64,000 bases of DNA from Gammaproteobacteria bacterium (GCA_016874175.1 VGUP01000002.1:3983-67982); one strand, 5' to 3'. Shown: positions 43,127-53,473, counted from the stretch's first letter. The notes: a model not told the origin generated them from the letters alone. A program made the numbers and translations.

Positions 43127-43750
43127 TCAGGCCTTCGAGCTTGGCCGCGCGGCGATCGCCGCGTACCAGCGCGATAGATGTTGCTGCGTGGGCTGCAGAC
43201 GAATCCCCGAGGGTTTGCCGAACTCGAGCGTGGTGAAGGCCACGATGTCGGCGAAGCTGAAACTGTCGCCGGCGACAAAGGGGCGCGCCGCGAGCAGACC
43301 GTCGATACGTTGCCACTCGGCCAGCACTTGCTCACGAGTGAGCGCGCCATATTCGGCAATCTGTGTGACTCGGCCCTGCCAAAAGCGATGGGTGTGCCGA
43401 AATGCCTGCGTCGTCGGCACATAAATGCGGAACATCAAACCGAGAGTCATCGCTTCGATGCGCGCGCGGGCGAGTGGGGTCGCACCGAACAGGCAGGGCT
43501 CCGGATGCAGCGACTCGAGGTAGCGGCAAATGGCGAGTGATTCCTGCAGCCGCGTGCCATCGTCGAGCTCGAGTACCGGCACTTCGCCGAGCGGATTCAC
43601 TTCGAGAAACGCCGCCACTTGAGTTTCGTGGGCGGCGATATCCACGGGAACTCGCGTGATGCGTACGCCCCGCGCTTCGAGACCTTTTTCGGCGATGAAC
43701 ATGCGCACGCGGCGCGGACTTGGCGCGAAGTCGTTGTCGTACAGTTTCAT
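43127..43750 (-). CDS. Glutathione S-transferase family protein
   Basis: 207 aa. N-terminal thioredoxin-like MKLYDNDFAPSPRRVRMFIAEKG...VNPLGEVPVLELDDGTRLQESLAICRYLE. The start overlaps the zapD stop (TGATG). Confidence 0.88.
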   Translation of the reverse strand: MKLYDNDFAPSPRRVRMFIAEKGLEARGVRITRVPVDIAAHETQVAAFLEVNPLGEVPVLELDDGTRLQESLAICRYLESLHPEPCLFGATPLARARIEAMTLGLMFRIYVPTTQAFRHTHRFWQGRVTQIAEYGALTREQVLAEWQRIDGLLAARPFVAGDSFSFADIVAFTTLEFGKPSGIRLQPTQQHLSRWYAAIAARPSSKA

Positions 43751-44562
43751 CAGTTGCAGCAGATGAGCTCGAAGGGTACGTCCGCTTCGATCTGCCGCGC
43801 GCGCTCATTCAACCCTTGCCAACTGACGAAGCGCACGCTCGCGCGGTAATGACTGCCGCTGATCTCGGGAAAGAGTCCGAGCTCGGCCGCCACTGCCACG
43901 CGCAGTAGTTGCACTGGGCTGCCGCGATCAAAAGTGATGTGAAAGACGCCGTTCACTGCGGTCTCGCTGCGGGCGCGTCCGCCTTGTCTCGCCAGCCAAA
44001 GTAATTCGGCGATCGAATCGCCAAGCGGTCGCAACAAACCCAGCCACTCGGCTAGCGCTTGCTCGCGCACTTCGCCGGCTTGACTCAGCCAAAAAGAAAA
44101 ATCCGGCAAATCGAAATCGCAGGTGCCGCCGGGGATGGTGCTGCGATGACGGATCGCCGCCAGAAAAGTCGAATCGCGCAGTGGCTGCATCCAACCTGCA
44201 TCGGCGCTCAGCAATTCGGTGCGCAAGCGACCGAGATTGGCCACCAGTGCTTGCAGACGATCGACATCGATATTCGGACGACGCTGGAACTCGGTGTACA
44301 CCGCGATCTGCCGCTCGAGTTCTTTGAGCACATCGGCGCGGGTATCGCTGCGAGTGATGATGGCGAGAATGTCGAGCAGGCTGGCGATGGCGGTGCGGCT
44401 GCCCCACGGCGAGCGCGAGTGCGCATGAAAGAGTGCCTGGTTGTACAGAAAATCGATGCGCAAATAGGTGCGCATCCGCTCGTTCAGCGGTTGCTCGAAA
44501 ACCAGCGGTCCCCCGTTGCCCGCAGGCGCCGGGGCCGCTTCGTCTGCAGACCCCTCGGACAT
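43750..44562 (-). CDS. zapD: Cell division protein ZapD
   Basis: LVFEQPLNERMRTYLRIDFLYNQALFH resembles the ZapD (YacF) N-terminus. Conserved coaE-zapD neighbourhood. Confidence 0.85.
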   Translation of the reverse strand: MSEGSADEAAPAPAGNGGPLVFEQPLNERMRTYLRIDFLYNQALFHAHSRSPWGSRTAIASLLDILAIITRSDTRADVLKELERQIAVYTEFQRRPNIDVDRLQALVANLGRLRTELLSADAGWMQPLRDSTFLAAIRHRSTIPGGTCDFDLPDFSFWLSQAGEVREQALAEWLGLLRPLGDSIAELLWLARQGGRARSETAVNGVFHITFDRGSPVQLLRVAVAAELGLFPEISGSHYRASVRFVSWQGLNERARQIEADVPFELICCN

Positions 44563-44626
44563 CCCGATATTCTGTTACAGGGGACGCAGGGCCGCCACTA
44601 TTGGCTAAAAGTATTGGCTGGAGGTC

Positions 44627-45217
44627 TTACGCGAGCTGCAGGTAGCGATCGTGCAAGGTCGCAACCTGGGTTTCGAGCGCTGCCAGATCGCCGTCGTTGA
44701 CGATGACATCGTCGGCGATGGCGAGTCGCGCCGCCCGACTCGCTTGGGCGGCGAGCACCGCACGCGCCCCGGCCTCGTCCACTTGGTCGCGGGCCATCAC
44801 CCGCCGAATCTGCAGATCCTCGGGGCAATCGACCACCAATACGCGATCGAGGTCGCGGCGACCACCGCCCTCGGTCAGCAAGGGAATTTCATTGATGACG
44901 TACGCGCCTTGAGCCTGGGCGTTGAGTTCAGCCATGCGAGCGCGGATCGCCGGATGGGTAATGGCTTCGAGAGCGCGCCGCGCGGCCGGGTCTGCGAACA
45001 CCACTGCCCGCAACGCCCGCCGATCGAGGCTGCCATCGGCCGCAAGCACGCTTGCGCCGAAGCGCTCGCGAATGGCGGCGAGCGCCGGCGCACCGGGGGC
45101 CACGATCTCACGCGCAATCTGGTCGCTGTCGATCACCGTGATGCCGCGCGCGGCAAAGAATTCAGCAACCCGGGTTTTGCCGCTGGCGATACCGCCGGTG
45201 AGCCCGACTTTGAACAT
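44627..45217 (-). CDS. coaE: Dephospho-CoA kinase
   Basis: MFKVGLTGGIASGKTRVAEFFAARGITVIDSDQIAR P-loop. The ORF-track start at 45250 is an extension. Confidence 0.93.
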   Translation of the reverse strand: MFKVGLTGGIASGKTRVAEFFAARGITVIDSDQIAREIVAPGAPALAAIRERFGASVLAADGSLDRRALRAVVFADPAARRALEAITHPAIRARMAELNAQAQGAYVINEIPLLTEGGGRRDLDRVLVVDCPEDLQIRRVMARDQVDEAGARAVLAAQASRAARLAIADDVIVNDGDLAALETQVATLHDRYLQLA

Positions 45218-45231
45218 GGCCGTTAGCCTCT

Positions 45232-46137
45232 CTAGGGATCCAGCGACCACAGGGCTGGCGGCGGGCCGAGCAGCAGGCCGCCGGGCAGGGCATCACCCGC
45301 CATCATTACGAGCCAACCCGCCGCGGCGAGATACGGACCGAAGGCGAGGGGTTGCTCGCGAGCCCGACCAAAGAAAAAAATCAGCAGCAGACCGATCACG
45401 GCGCCGGCCACGGAAGACGCAAGCACGATCGGCAGCAGCGCGGCCGGACCTAGCCAGGCGCCGAGTGCTGCGAGAAGTTTGAAATCGCCGTAGCCCATGC
45501 CTTCTTTGCCGGTGACGAGCTTGAACGCCTGGTATACCGACCACAGCACGAGATAGCCGATGATCGCTCCCATGACGGCGCTGCGAACATCGCCCGCAAG
45601 GCTTGTGGCAAGACCCAACCACAGCAGTGGCAGCGTCAACTGATCCGGCAGGTAGTGCGTGTCGAAGTCGATCACGGCGAGCGCGAGCAAAAAGCCTGTG
45701 ATCACGAGCGCAGCGACGCACTCGACCGTCGGCCCGAAGCGCAGGGCAACCGCGACAAAAGCGCAAGCGCTCGCCAGTTCAACCAGCGGATAGCGTGGTG
45801 AGATCGTCGTGCCGCAGGCGGCGCATTGGCCGCGCAACAAAAGCCAGCCGAGCAACGGCACCAGATGCAGCGCACGGATCGGCGTTTGACACGCGGGGCA
45901 ATGTGAACGCGGCGCGACCAAATCGTAGCGGGCGGCGCGGGGCGGTTCGGGCTCGCCCGCCAGTTCTGTGCACTGCGCGCGCCAGTCGCGCTCGAGCATG
46001 CGTGGCAAGCGGTGGATCACGGTATTGAGAAAGCTACCGACGAGCAGACCCGCAAGCGCGGCGACGGCCGGCAACACACCAGGCAGCGCGAGCGCCAGCA
46101 ACCACGACTCGGGAATCCACCCGCCGACCTCCGTCAT
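45232..46137 (-). CDS. pilD: Prepilin leader peptidase / N-methyltransferase (A24 family)
   Basis: [11 protein letters not shown], Cys pairs CPAC...CAAC, and catalytic Asp motifs [11 protein letters not shown] and GMGYGDFKL. Confidence 0.93.
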   Translation of the reverse strand: MTEVGGWIPESWLLALALPGVLPAVAALAGLLVGSFLNTVIHRLPRMLERDWRAQCTELAGEPEPPRAARYDLVAPRSHCPACQTPIRALHLVPLLGWLLLRGQCAACGTTISPRYPLVELASACAFVAVALRFGPTVECVAALVITGFLLALAVIDFDTHYLPDQLTLPLLWLGLATSLAGDVRSAVMGAIIGYLVLWSVYQAFKLVTGKEGMGYGDFKLLAALGAWLGPAALLPIVLASSVAGAVIGLLLIFFFGRAREQPLAFGPYLAAAGWLVMMAGDALPGGLLLGPPPALWSLDP

Positions 46138-46221
46138 CCGAAATTCCCCGTCATTTGCGGTTCCCTAATGTGCCCGTTTCGCCCAAAATGCAAGTTTAGT
46201 TCAGTGATTACGGGGGTCTCG

Positions 46222-47382
46222 ATGAATCTTCACGAATATCAAGCCAAAGAGGTCTTTGCCGCATACGGGATCCCCGTGCCGGCTGGCCGCGCGGCGGCTA
46301 CGCCGGATGAAGCGGTGGCTGCAGCCGAGGCTCTTGGCGGCTCGATCTGGGTCGTGAAGGCGCAGGTTCATGCCGGCGGCCGCGGCAAGGCAGGCGGCGT
46401 CAAACTCGCGCGCGATACTGCGGCGGTGCGCGATGCAGCCAAGGCCATGCTCGGCACTCGACTCGCCACCAAGCAGACCGGACCCGAGGGTTTGCCGGTC
46501 GATCGCGTCTACGTCGAAACCGGTTCGGCGATCGAGCGCGAGATTTATCTCTCGCTGACACTCAATCGCGAGAAGGGACGCATCGCGATGGTGGGTTCGG
46601 CCGCAGGTGGCATGGACATCGAAGAAGTTGCCGAGCACTCGCCCGAGAAGATCACCACGGTGAACATTCACCCGGCTGCCGGCTTGCAGCCCAACCAGTG
46701 CCGCCGCATGGCCTTCGCACTTGGCTTCAAGGGCGAGCAGATCGCACAGTTTCAAAAAATTGCGCTGGCGCTCTACCAGCTCTATCTCGACAAAGACGCG
46801 AGCCTGCTCGAAGTCAACCCGCTCATCGTCACAAAGGCGGGCGATCTCGTTGCGCTCGACGCCAAGATCAATATCGACGCCAACGCTACCTATCGGCAAA
46901 AAGCGCTCGCGGCCATGCGCGACACCGCGCAAGAAGATCCGATGGAGCTGCAGGCGAGCCAGCACGATCTCAACTACGTGTCGCTCGACGGCGACATCGC
47001 TTGCATGGTGAACGGCGCGGGCCTGGCGATGGCCACGATGGATCTCATCAAGTTGCACGGCGGTTCGCCCGCGAACTTCCTCGACGTGGGCGGTGGCGCC
47101 ACGGCTGAGCGCGTCACCGTCGCCTTCAAACTCATTCTCTCTAACCCCAAGGTCAAGGCGATTCTCGTCAATATCTTTGGGGGTATCGTGCGCTGCGATT
47201 TGATCGCCGAAGGCGCGATCACCGCAGTCAAAAACGTCGGCGTAAAGGTGCCGGTGGTGGTGCGCCTCGAGGGCACCAATGCCGAAAAAGCCTGCGAGAC
47301 GCTGGCCGCGAGTGGCCTCAAGGTCATCGCCGCCAAAGATCTCACCGACGCCGCGCAAAAAGTCGTGGCCGCCGCGCGCTGA
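46222..47382 (+). CDS. sucC: Succinate--CoA ligase (ADP-forming) beta subunit
   Basis: [20 protein letters not shown]...[18 protein letters not shown]...[11 protein letters not shown]...[10 protein letters not shown]. The ORF-track start at 46012 is an extension. Confidence 0.97.
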   Translation: MNLHEYQAKEVFAAYGIPVPAGRAAATPDEAVAAAEALGGSIWVVKAQVHAGGRGKAGGVKLARDTAAVRDAAKAMLGTRLATKQTGPEGLPVDRVYVETGSAIEREIYLSLTLNREKGRIAMVGSAAGGMDIEEVAEHSPEKITTVNIHPAAGLQPNQCRRMAFALGFKGEQIAQFQKIALALYQLYLDKDASLLEVNPLIVTKAGDLVALDAKINIDANATYRQKALAAMRDTAQEDPMELQASQHDLNYVSLDGDIACMVNGAGLAMATMDLIKLHGGSPANFLDVGGGATAERVTVAFKLILSNPKVKAILVNIFGGIVRCDLIAEGAITAVKNVGVKVPVVVRLEGTNAEKACETLAASGLKVIAAKDLTDAAQKVVAAAR

Positions 47383-47431
47383 CGCTCATCTTTCGTCACC
47401 CGCGCCACTACAAGCTGACAGGATTCGACCC

Positions 47432-48316
47432 ATGAGCATTCTCGTAGACAAGAACACCAAAGTGATCTGCCAGGGCTTTACCGGCAAGCAGGGCACGTTC
47501 CATTCCGAACAGTGCATTGCCTATGGCACCCAGGTCGTGGGCGGCGTCACGCCGGGCCGCGGCGGTGACACCCACCTCGGTCGGCCGGTGTTCGACACCG
47601 TGCACGATGCGGTGGCGGCAACCGGCGCCAACGCCTCAATGATTTACGTACCCGCAGGTTTTGCCGCCGATGCAATTCTCGAAGCGGCAGATGCCGGCAT
47701 CGAGCTCATCGTCTGCATCACCGAAGGCATTCCGGTGAATGACATGGTGCGTGTGAAGACCGCACTCGCCGGTACTCAGTCGCGACTGATCGGTCCCAAC
47801 TGCCCGGGTATCATCACGCCGGGCGAATGCAAGATCGGCATCATGCCGGGCTTCATTCACAAGTCGGGTTGCATCGGTATCGTGTCGCGCTCGGGCACGC
47901 TCACCTACGAGACCGTGTTCCAGACCACCAACAATGGGCTTGGGCAAAGCACCTGCGTTGGTATCGGTGGCGATCCGGTGCGCGGCATGAATTTCATTGA
48001 TGTGCTCGCGCTGTTTCAGGACGACCCGAAAACCGAAGGCATCGTCATGGTGGGCGAGATCGGCGGCAGCGACGAAGAAGCGGGCGCCGAGTTCATTCGC
48101 CAGCATGTGACCAAGCCGGTGGTGGCCTACATCGCAGGCGTCACCGCACCGCTGGGCAAGCGTATGGGTCACGCGGGCGCCGTGATCGCCGGTGGCAAGG
48201 GCACGGCCGCCGACAAGTTCCGCGCTCTCGAGGCGGCGGGTGTGCGCACCGTTCGATCACCCGCCGAACTCGGCTCGGCGATCGAAGAGCGGTTGCGCAA
48301 GTGCCGGAAGGCTTGA
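47432..48316 (+). CDS. sucD: Succinate--CoA ligase alpha subunit
   Basis: [24 protein letters not shown]...[20 protein letters not shown]...SRSGTLTYE...MGHAGAVI (phosphohistidine loop). Confidence 0.97.
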   Translation: MSILVDKNTKVICQGFTGKQGTFHSEQCIAYGTQVVGGVTPGRGGDTHLGRPVFDTVHDAVAATGANASMIYVPAGFAADAILEAADAGIELIVCITEGIPVNDMVRVKTALAGTQSRLIGPNCPGIITPGECKIGIMPGFIHKSGCIGIVSRSGTLTYETVFQTTNNGLGQSTCVGIGGDPVRGMNFIDVLALFQDDPKTEGIVMVGEIGGSDEEAGAEFIRQHVTKPVVAYIAGVTAPLGKRMGHAGAVIAGGKGTAADKFRALEAAGVRTVRSPAELGSAIEERLRKCRKA

Positions 48317-49959
48317 CCGCCGGCAGCCTGAAGATCGCCCTCGCGCAGCTTGATCTGCTCGTCGGCGATATCGACGGCAACGCCGCACGCGTGCTCGACA
48401 CTGCGGCGCAGGCCGGCGTGGCTGACCTCGTCGTCTTCCCGGAGTTCACGCTCGCCGGCTATCCGCCGGAAGATCTTCTCTTTCATCGCGGCTTTCGCCA
48501 CCAGATCGAACGCGCGCTGATGCACTGCACACGCGCGACCGATCGGCCGGCGATGTTGCTCGGCTTTCCCGAGTACACCGACGCCGGCATTTACAACACG
48601 GTCGCGTTGTTGGCGGCGGGTGTTGAACGCGCGCGTTATCGCAAGGCCTGTCTGCCGAATTACGGCGTCTTCGACGAACAAAGATATTTTGCGCGGGGTA
48701 GCGCACCCGCCGTGGTCGAGCTGCGCGGCTTTCGTCTCGGCCTGCTGATCTGCGAGGATATTTGGCAGCGTGCGCCCGCGCAGGCGGCGGTAGCCGCCGG
48801 GGCCGAGCTGTTGCTCGTGACCAATGCTTCGCCCTATGAGCAGGGTAAACAAGCCTCGCGCGAGGCCATGCTGCGCGAGCGAGCCATCGAAACCGGTCTG
48901 CCGATCGTCTATGTCAACTTGGTCGGCGCGCAAGACGAACTGGTTTTTGATGGTCAAAGCGTGGTGGTCGATCGACACGGCAGCGTGGTGTTGCGTGCTG
49001 CCGCCTTTGTCGAAGCGCTCGCCACGATCGAGTTCACGCGCGACGCTGATGGTCGCGCGGTGCCGCGAGCAGCGGCGGGCGCGATCTCGGCGCCGCTCGC
49101 CGAGGCCGCAGAGGTTTATCGCGCTTTGGTGCAGGGTGTGCGCGACTACGTCGGCAAGCATCGCTTTCCGGGCGTAGTGCTCGGGCTTTCGGGCGGTATC
49201 GACTCGGCGCTGACGCTCGCCATCGCGGTCGATGCACTCGGGGCCGAGCGCGTGCAGGCGGTGATGATGCCCTCGCGATACACCGCGCAGATGAGTCTCG
49301 ATGATGCCGCCCTGCAAGCCGCGCGGCTCGGCGTCAAATATTCGGTGATTCCCATCGAGGGCATGTTCACGGCCACGCTCGCCGCACTCGCCGCGGAGTT
49401 TGCCGGTCGACCGGTCGACGCCACCGAAGAAAACATCCAGTCGCGTTGCCGCATGCAATTGCTGATGGGGATCTCGAACAAGACCGGGCGGATGCTGCTG
49501 ACCACCGGCAACAAAAGCGAGATGGCGGTCGGCTATGCCACGCTCTATGGCGACATGGCGGGCGGCTTCGCGCCCATCAAAGATTGCAGCAAGCTGCTCG
49601 TCTATCGGCTCGCCGAGTGGCGCAATGCGGCTGCGCTCGCCGCCGGTGAGACCGCGGTCATTCCGGCGCGGGTCATCGAGCGCGCACCCTCTGCGGAGCT
49701 GCGGCCCGATCAAAAAGACGTCGATTCGCTGCCGCCGTATGAAATTCTCGATCCGATACTCGAGGCTTTCATCGAGCACGACCAGTCAGTCGAAGAAATC
49801 GTCGCGCGCGGCTTTGATAAAGCGACCGTCGGCCGCGTGCTCAATGTCGTCAAGCGCAATGAATACAAGCGTCGTCAGGCGCCGCCCGGCGTGCGCGTCA
49901 GTCGCCGCGCCTTCGGCCGCGACTGGCGCTATCCGATCACGAGTGGTTATCGGCGCTGA
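48301..49959 (+). CDS. nadE: Glutamine-dependent NAD+ synthetase (nitrilase + NAD synthetase domains)
   Basis: N-terminal CN-hydrolase domain ([31 protein letters not shown]) and a C-terminal domain with the [11 protein letters not shown]-loop. The start is GTG 48301 or TTG 48313; both overlap the sucD stop. Confidence 0.93.
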   Translation: MPEGLTAGSLKIALAQLDLLVGDIDGNAARVLDTAAQAGVADLVVFPEFTLAGYPPEDLLFHRGFRHQIERALMHCTRATDRPAMLLGFPEYTDAGIYNTVALLAAGVERARYRKACLPNYGVFDEQRYFARGSAPAVVELRGFRLGLLICEDIWQRAPAQAAVAAGAELLLVTNASPYEQGKQASREAMLRERAIETGLPIVYVNLVGAQDELVFDGQSVVVDRHGSVVLRAAAFVEALATIEFTRDADGRAVPRAAAGAISAPLAEAAEVYRALVQGVRDYVGKHRFPGVVLGLSGGIDSALTLAIAVDALGAERVQAVMMPSRYTAQMSLDDAALQAARLGVKYSVIPIEGMFTATLAALAAEFAGRPVDATEENIQSRCRMQLLMGISNKTGRMLLTTGNKSEMAVGYATLYGDMAGGFAPIKDCSKLLVYRLAEWRNAAALAAGETAVIPARVIERAPSAELRPDQKDVDSLPPYEILDPILEAFIEHDQSVEEIVARGFDKATVGRVLNVVKRNEYKRRQAPPGVRVSRRAFGRDWRYPITSGYRR

Positions 49960-49986
49960 GCGCGCGGGCGTCTCAGCCGCTGCTGG

Positions 49987-50817
49987 TCAGCCCCAGATAC
50001 GCCACCAAGGCTTGTTCACCGGGACGACCTTGTCGGCCGTGCCGCCATAGTTGGCGGCGTAAATTTCCCGCGCCTGCGCCGCGAGCTCTTTCATGCCGAG
50101 CTGCTCGTAGGACTGGATGAGAATGGCCAACGATTCGCGCACCGCAGGCGCGCCGTCGTATTGCTCGATGATTTCTTTGGCGCGGCGCGCTGCGGCCACC
50201 CAGGCACCGCGCTTGACGTAATACTGGGCGACGTGGAGGTCGTAGTCGGCGAGGCGGTTGCGCAGATGGATCATGCGCCGCCGCGAATCGTGGGCGTACT
50301 CGCTCTTCGGAAAATCTTCGACCACTTTGCGGAAGCTGTTGAAGGCCCGCTGCGCCGTTTGTGGCGGTCGCGCATCGAGATCGACGTCCAGCCACCGCTC
50401 GAGAAAATTCGCCGAGCGTTCGAAATCGACCAAACCTTTCACGTACCAGGCGTAGTCGAGCCACGGATGCGTCGGATTTTCGCGCATGAAGGTGTCGGCC
50501 TGATCGAGTGCCGACTCGCTTTCGCGACCTTTGTAGTAGGCGTAGATGAGATCGAGCCGCGCCTGACGCGCTTCGGCGCCGAAGGGATAGCGCGCGACCA
50601 GCGCCTCGTAGAGGCGGATGGCATTTTCATAGTCCTGATTGTCGAGCGCTTTGCGTGCGCGCTCGTAGACGACACCCGCGCCACCGCGCGCGAGATCGAG
50701 ATCTTCGCGGTTGGACGCGCAGCCGGCGAGCAGCTGCAACAGTGCAAGGGCCAGGGAAAACAGCAGCAAATGGGCGCGACGCAGGCCGAGTAGCCGGTTG
50801 CCCGATGGCATGGTCAT
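49987..50817 (-). CDS. bamD: Outer membrane protein assembly factor BamD (lipoprotein)
   Basis: Lipobox LLAGC followed by TPR-like repeats (YERARKALDNQDYENAIRLYEALVARYPFG...). Divergent from rluD as in E. coli. The start is ATG 50817 or 50811; the ORF-track start at 51117 is an extension. Confidence 0.9.
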   Translation of the reverse strand: MTMPSGNRLLGLRRAHLLLFSLALALLQLLAGCASNREDLDLARGGAGVVYERARKALDNQDYENAIRLYEALVARYPFGAEARQARLDLIYAYYKGRESESALDQADTFMRENPTHPWLDYAWYVKGLVDFERSANFLERWLDVDLDARPPQTAQRAFNSFRKVVEDFPKSEYAHDSRRRMIHLRNRLADYDLHVAQYYVKRGAWVAAARRAKEIIEQYDGAPAVRESLAILIQSYEQLGMKELAAQAREIYAANYGGTADKVVPVNKPWWRIWG

Positions 50818-50860
50818 GGTTGGATTCGCGGAAGCCAAGACAGGCATTATAGCGAAGCCC

Positions 50861-51868
50861 ATGTCGCCCCCCGGAAAAAAGGCAAAAGCCAAGCCAGCGA
50901 TCTGCTCGCCGGCGGTCGAACGACACGAGTTGACGTTCGCGGCCGATGACGCGGGTGAGCGGCTCGACGTGGTGCTGGCGCGGCGGTTGCCGCAGTACTC
51001 ACGCGCCCGCTTGCAACGCTGGATCGACGAGGGACGGGTGCTGGTCGATGGCGTGGTGCCCGCACGTCGGGTGCTGGTCCGCGCGGCGCAGCAGGTGCGC
51101 ATCGACGCTGTTTTCATTGCCGATGAGCGCGTGCAGGCCGGTAAGCCGGCGGTGCCTTTTCGGGTGCTGCATCGCGACGCTGCGATCTACGTCATCAACA
51201 AGCCGCCGGGGCTCGTCGTGCATCCGGGCGCGGGTGTGGCTTCGGGCACTTTGCAGAATGCGCTGCTGGCGCTCGATCCGCAGTTGGCCAAAGTGCCGCG
51301 CGCCGGCATCGTGCATCGGCTCGACAAAGACACTTCAGGCTTGCTGGTGGTCGCGCGCACGCCCGTGGCGCACGCGGCGCTGGTGCGCGCGCTCGCAGCG
51401 CGCGAGGTTGGACGAGAATACCTCGCGCTTTGTCACGGTCTGATGACGGGTGGCGGCACCATCGCGGAGCCGATCGGTCGGCACCGTACGCAGCGCACGC
51501 GCATGGCGGTGCGTGCCGATGGTCGCGAGGCCGTGACCCACTATCGCATCGAACGCCGATTCCGCGCGCACACGCTCGCGCGCGTGCAACTCGAGACGGG
51601 TCGTACGCACCAAATCCGCGTGCATCTCACGCACGCGGGATATCCGATTGTTGGCGACCCGGTATATGGCGGACGAAAACGCGCGCCGGCGGCCGGGAGC
51701 CCGGCCGTGCTCGCGGCACTCGCGGCTTTCCAGCGTCAGGCGCTGCATGCGACGCGACTCGAATTTGCGCATCCGGTATCGGGTCGGCCGCTCGTCTTCG
51801 AGGCGCCGCTGCCCAAAGATTTCGCGGCCTTGCTCGAGGTTCTCGCCGCCGAAGCAGGTGCGGCGTGA
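50861..51868 (+). CDS. rluD: 23S rRNA pseudouridine(1911/1915/1917) synthase RluD
   Basis: S4 domain (ERLDVVLARRLPQYSRARLQRWIDEGRVLVDG) and the catalytic motif HRLDKDTSGLLVVA. rluD-pgeF synteny. Confidence 0.93.
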   Translation: MSPPGKKAKAKPAICSPAVERHELTFAADDAGERLDVVLARRLPQYSRARLQRWIDEGRVLVDGVVPARRVLVRAAQQVRIDAVFIADERVQAGKPAVPFRVLHRDAAIYVINKPPGLVVHPGAGVASGTLQNALLALDPQLAKVPRAGIVHRLDKDTSGLLVVARTPVAHAALVRALAAREVGREYLALCHGLMTGGGTIAEPIGRHRTQRTRMAVRADGREAVTHYRIERRFRAHTLARVQLETGRTHQIRVHLTHAGYPIVGDPVYGGRKRAPAAGSPAVLAALAAFQRQALHATRLEFAHPVSGRPLVFEAPLPKDFAALLEVLAAEAGAA

Positions 51869-52626
51869 GCGTGCCCATCCTCGAGCCCCAATGGGCCGCG
51901 CCGCGCGGCGTGCGCGCCGCATTTTCTTTGCGCAGCGGCGGGACTAGCACGCCGCCCTGGGACAGCCTCAATCTCGGTGTGCATGTGGGTGATGATCCGG
52001 CCGCGGTCGCCGAGAATCGTCGTCGCCTGCGCCACACCCTCGGTCTGCCAAGCGAGCCGATCTGGCTCGATCAGGTGCATGGCACCGCGGTCGTGCACAT
52101 CGACTCGGCGACTGGACGGCAAAATGGCCGCGAGTCCCCACCTGGCGTGCGGCCCCGCGCCGACGCCGCCGTCACCCGCGAACGCGGCGTCGTACTCGCC
52201 ATACAGGTCGCCGATTGTCTGCCGGTATTGCTCGCGAGCCCAGAGTCCGTGCTCGGGGCAGCTCACGCCGGCTGGCGGGGTCTTGCCGCCGGTGTCATCG
52301 ACGCCACGGTTGCGGCGATGCAAGTGCCGCCATCGCAACTCGTCGCCTGGCTAGGGCCCTGCATCGGCCCGGCTCACTTCAAGGTGGGTGACGAGGTACG
52401 CGCGGCCTTCCTGGCGGCGGACCCGGCGGCGGCTGCCGCCTTCGAGGTCAACGCTCAAGGGCGCTGGCAATGCGACCTGCCGCAGCTCGCCCGAGCGCGT
52501 CTGCGGGCGCTCGGGATCACGCAGGTTGCCGGCGGCGAGTGGTGCACCGCAGCCGACCCGGTGCGCTTTTATTCCCATCGGCGCGATCAGCGGACCGGTC
52601 GGATGGCGGCACTGATCTGGTGTTAG
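51865..52626 (+). CDS. pgeF: Peptidoglycan editing factor PgeF (YfiH/DUF152, laccase-like)
   Basis: AFSLRSGGTSTPPWDSLNLGVHVGDDP...DQVHG...ADCLPVL...AHAGWRG...CIGP...YSHRRD. GTG start overlapping the rluD stop (GTGA). Confidence 0.9.
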   Translation: MSVPILEPQWAAPRGVRAAFSLRSGGTSTPPWDSLNLGVHVGDDPAAVAENRRRLRHTLGLPSEPIWLDQVHGTAVVHIDSATGRQNGRESPPGVRPRADAAVTRERGVVLAIQVADCLPVLLASPESVLGAAHAGWRGLAAGVIDATVAAMQVPPSQLVAWLGPCIGPAHFKVGDEVRAAFLAADPAAAAAFEVNAQGRWQCDLPQLARARLRALGITQVAGGEWCTAADPVRFYSHRRDQRTGRMAALIWC

Positions 52627-52635
52627 AATATAACG
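52621..52635 (+). promoter_or_regulatory. Candidate Zur box (zinc uptake regulator operator)
   Basis: TGTTAGAATATAACG matches 13 of 15 positions of the core of the gammaproteobacterial Zur consensus GAAATGTTATAATATAACATTTC. It is an isolated AT-rich palindrome overlapping the pgeF stop codon, 23 nt upstream of the ZIP transporter start. Confidence 0.5.
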
Positions 52636-52657
52636 CTTGTTGACCTCGGAGTCTGCG

Positions 52658-53431
52658 GTGCTCGCCAATATCGTCCTCTTCACGGCCCTCGGCGGGGTGC
52701 TCCCGGTACTGATCGCCGGCCTGAGTCTGTTGCTGCCGCAGGCGACCCGTGACCGGATGCTGCTGCACTCGGTGAGCTTCGCCACCGGCACGCTGCTGGC
52801 CACCGCCTTGCTCGCGCTGATCCCGCACGCCATGGAGGGCGCAGGCCCGTTGCAAGTGCACCAGATCGGCATTGCGTTGCTTGCCGGCATCGGACTTTTT
52901 TTCGTACTCGAAAAATTCCTGCTCTGGCGGCACTGCCACACTGAGGCGGTCGAGACAGCTCACACCCATGAGCGTCACCGCCACAAGGCTTCGGGCGGGC
53001 TCCTCATGGTCGGTGACGGGCTGCACAATTTCATTGACGGCGTGTTGATTGCCGCGGCGTTTCTGACCGATTTTCACCTCGGTGTCGTCACCACGCTCGC
53101 CATCATGGCCCACGAAATTCCGCAGGAAGTGGGCAATTTCGGGGTCTTGTTGCATGGCGGATTCAGTCGCGGCAAGGCCTTGCTCTGGAACGTGCTCTCG
53201 AGTCTCACGGCCGTAGCGGGCGGGATAGTCGGCTGGTGGATGCTGGACACCGTCATGTCGCTCTTGCCTTATGCGCTCGCGGTGTCGGCTGCCAGCCTGC
53301 TCTATGTGGCCGTGGCCGATCTGATCCCGGGTCTGCACAAGCGCACCGATCTGCAGGCGGGAGCCTTCCAATTGTTGTGGATAGGCGTCGGCATCGGCCT
53401 CGTCGCCTTCGCCGAGTCGCAGCTGCATTAG
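52658..53431 (+). CDS. ZIP-family divalent metal (zinc) transporter, ZupT-like
   Basis: Polytopic membrane protein with a His-rich loop (HTEAVETAHTHERHRH) and the ZIP signature HEIPQEVGNFGVLL. The start is inferred as GTG 52658 (GGAG 6 nt upstream). The ORF-track TTG at 52637 abuts the Zur-like box. Confidence 0.85.
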   Translation: MLANIVLFTALGGVLPVLIAGLSLLLPQATRDRMLLHSVSFATGTLLATALLALIPHAMEGAGPLQVHQIGIALLAGIGLFFVLEKFLLWRHCHTEAVETAHTHERHRHKASGGLLMVGDGLHNFIDGVLIAAAFLTDFHLGVVTTLAIMAHEIPQEVGNFGVLLHGGFSRGKALLWNVLSSLTAVAGGIVGWWMLDTVMSLLPYALAVSAASLLYVAVADLIPGLHKRTDLQAGAFQLLWIGVGIGLVAFAESQLH

Positions 53432-53473
53432 GCGCGCCGCCGTCACGACGCTGCGGCAGTGCTGCCTGCCGCA

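Noticed and set aside
43127-43750. GST as a relocated SspA
   Set aside because: It has a generic GST N-terminal fold and lacks the SspA-type N-terminal extension and sequence character that I recognise. It is coupled to zapD, not to sspB.
47421-47431. GGATTCGACCC resembling a tRNA T-arm
   Set aside because: There is no GTTC T-loop, no acceptor or anticodon stems around it, and it lies in the short sucC-sucD spacer directly before the sucD ATG.
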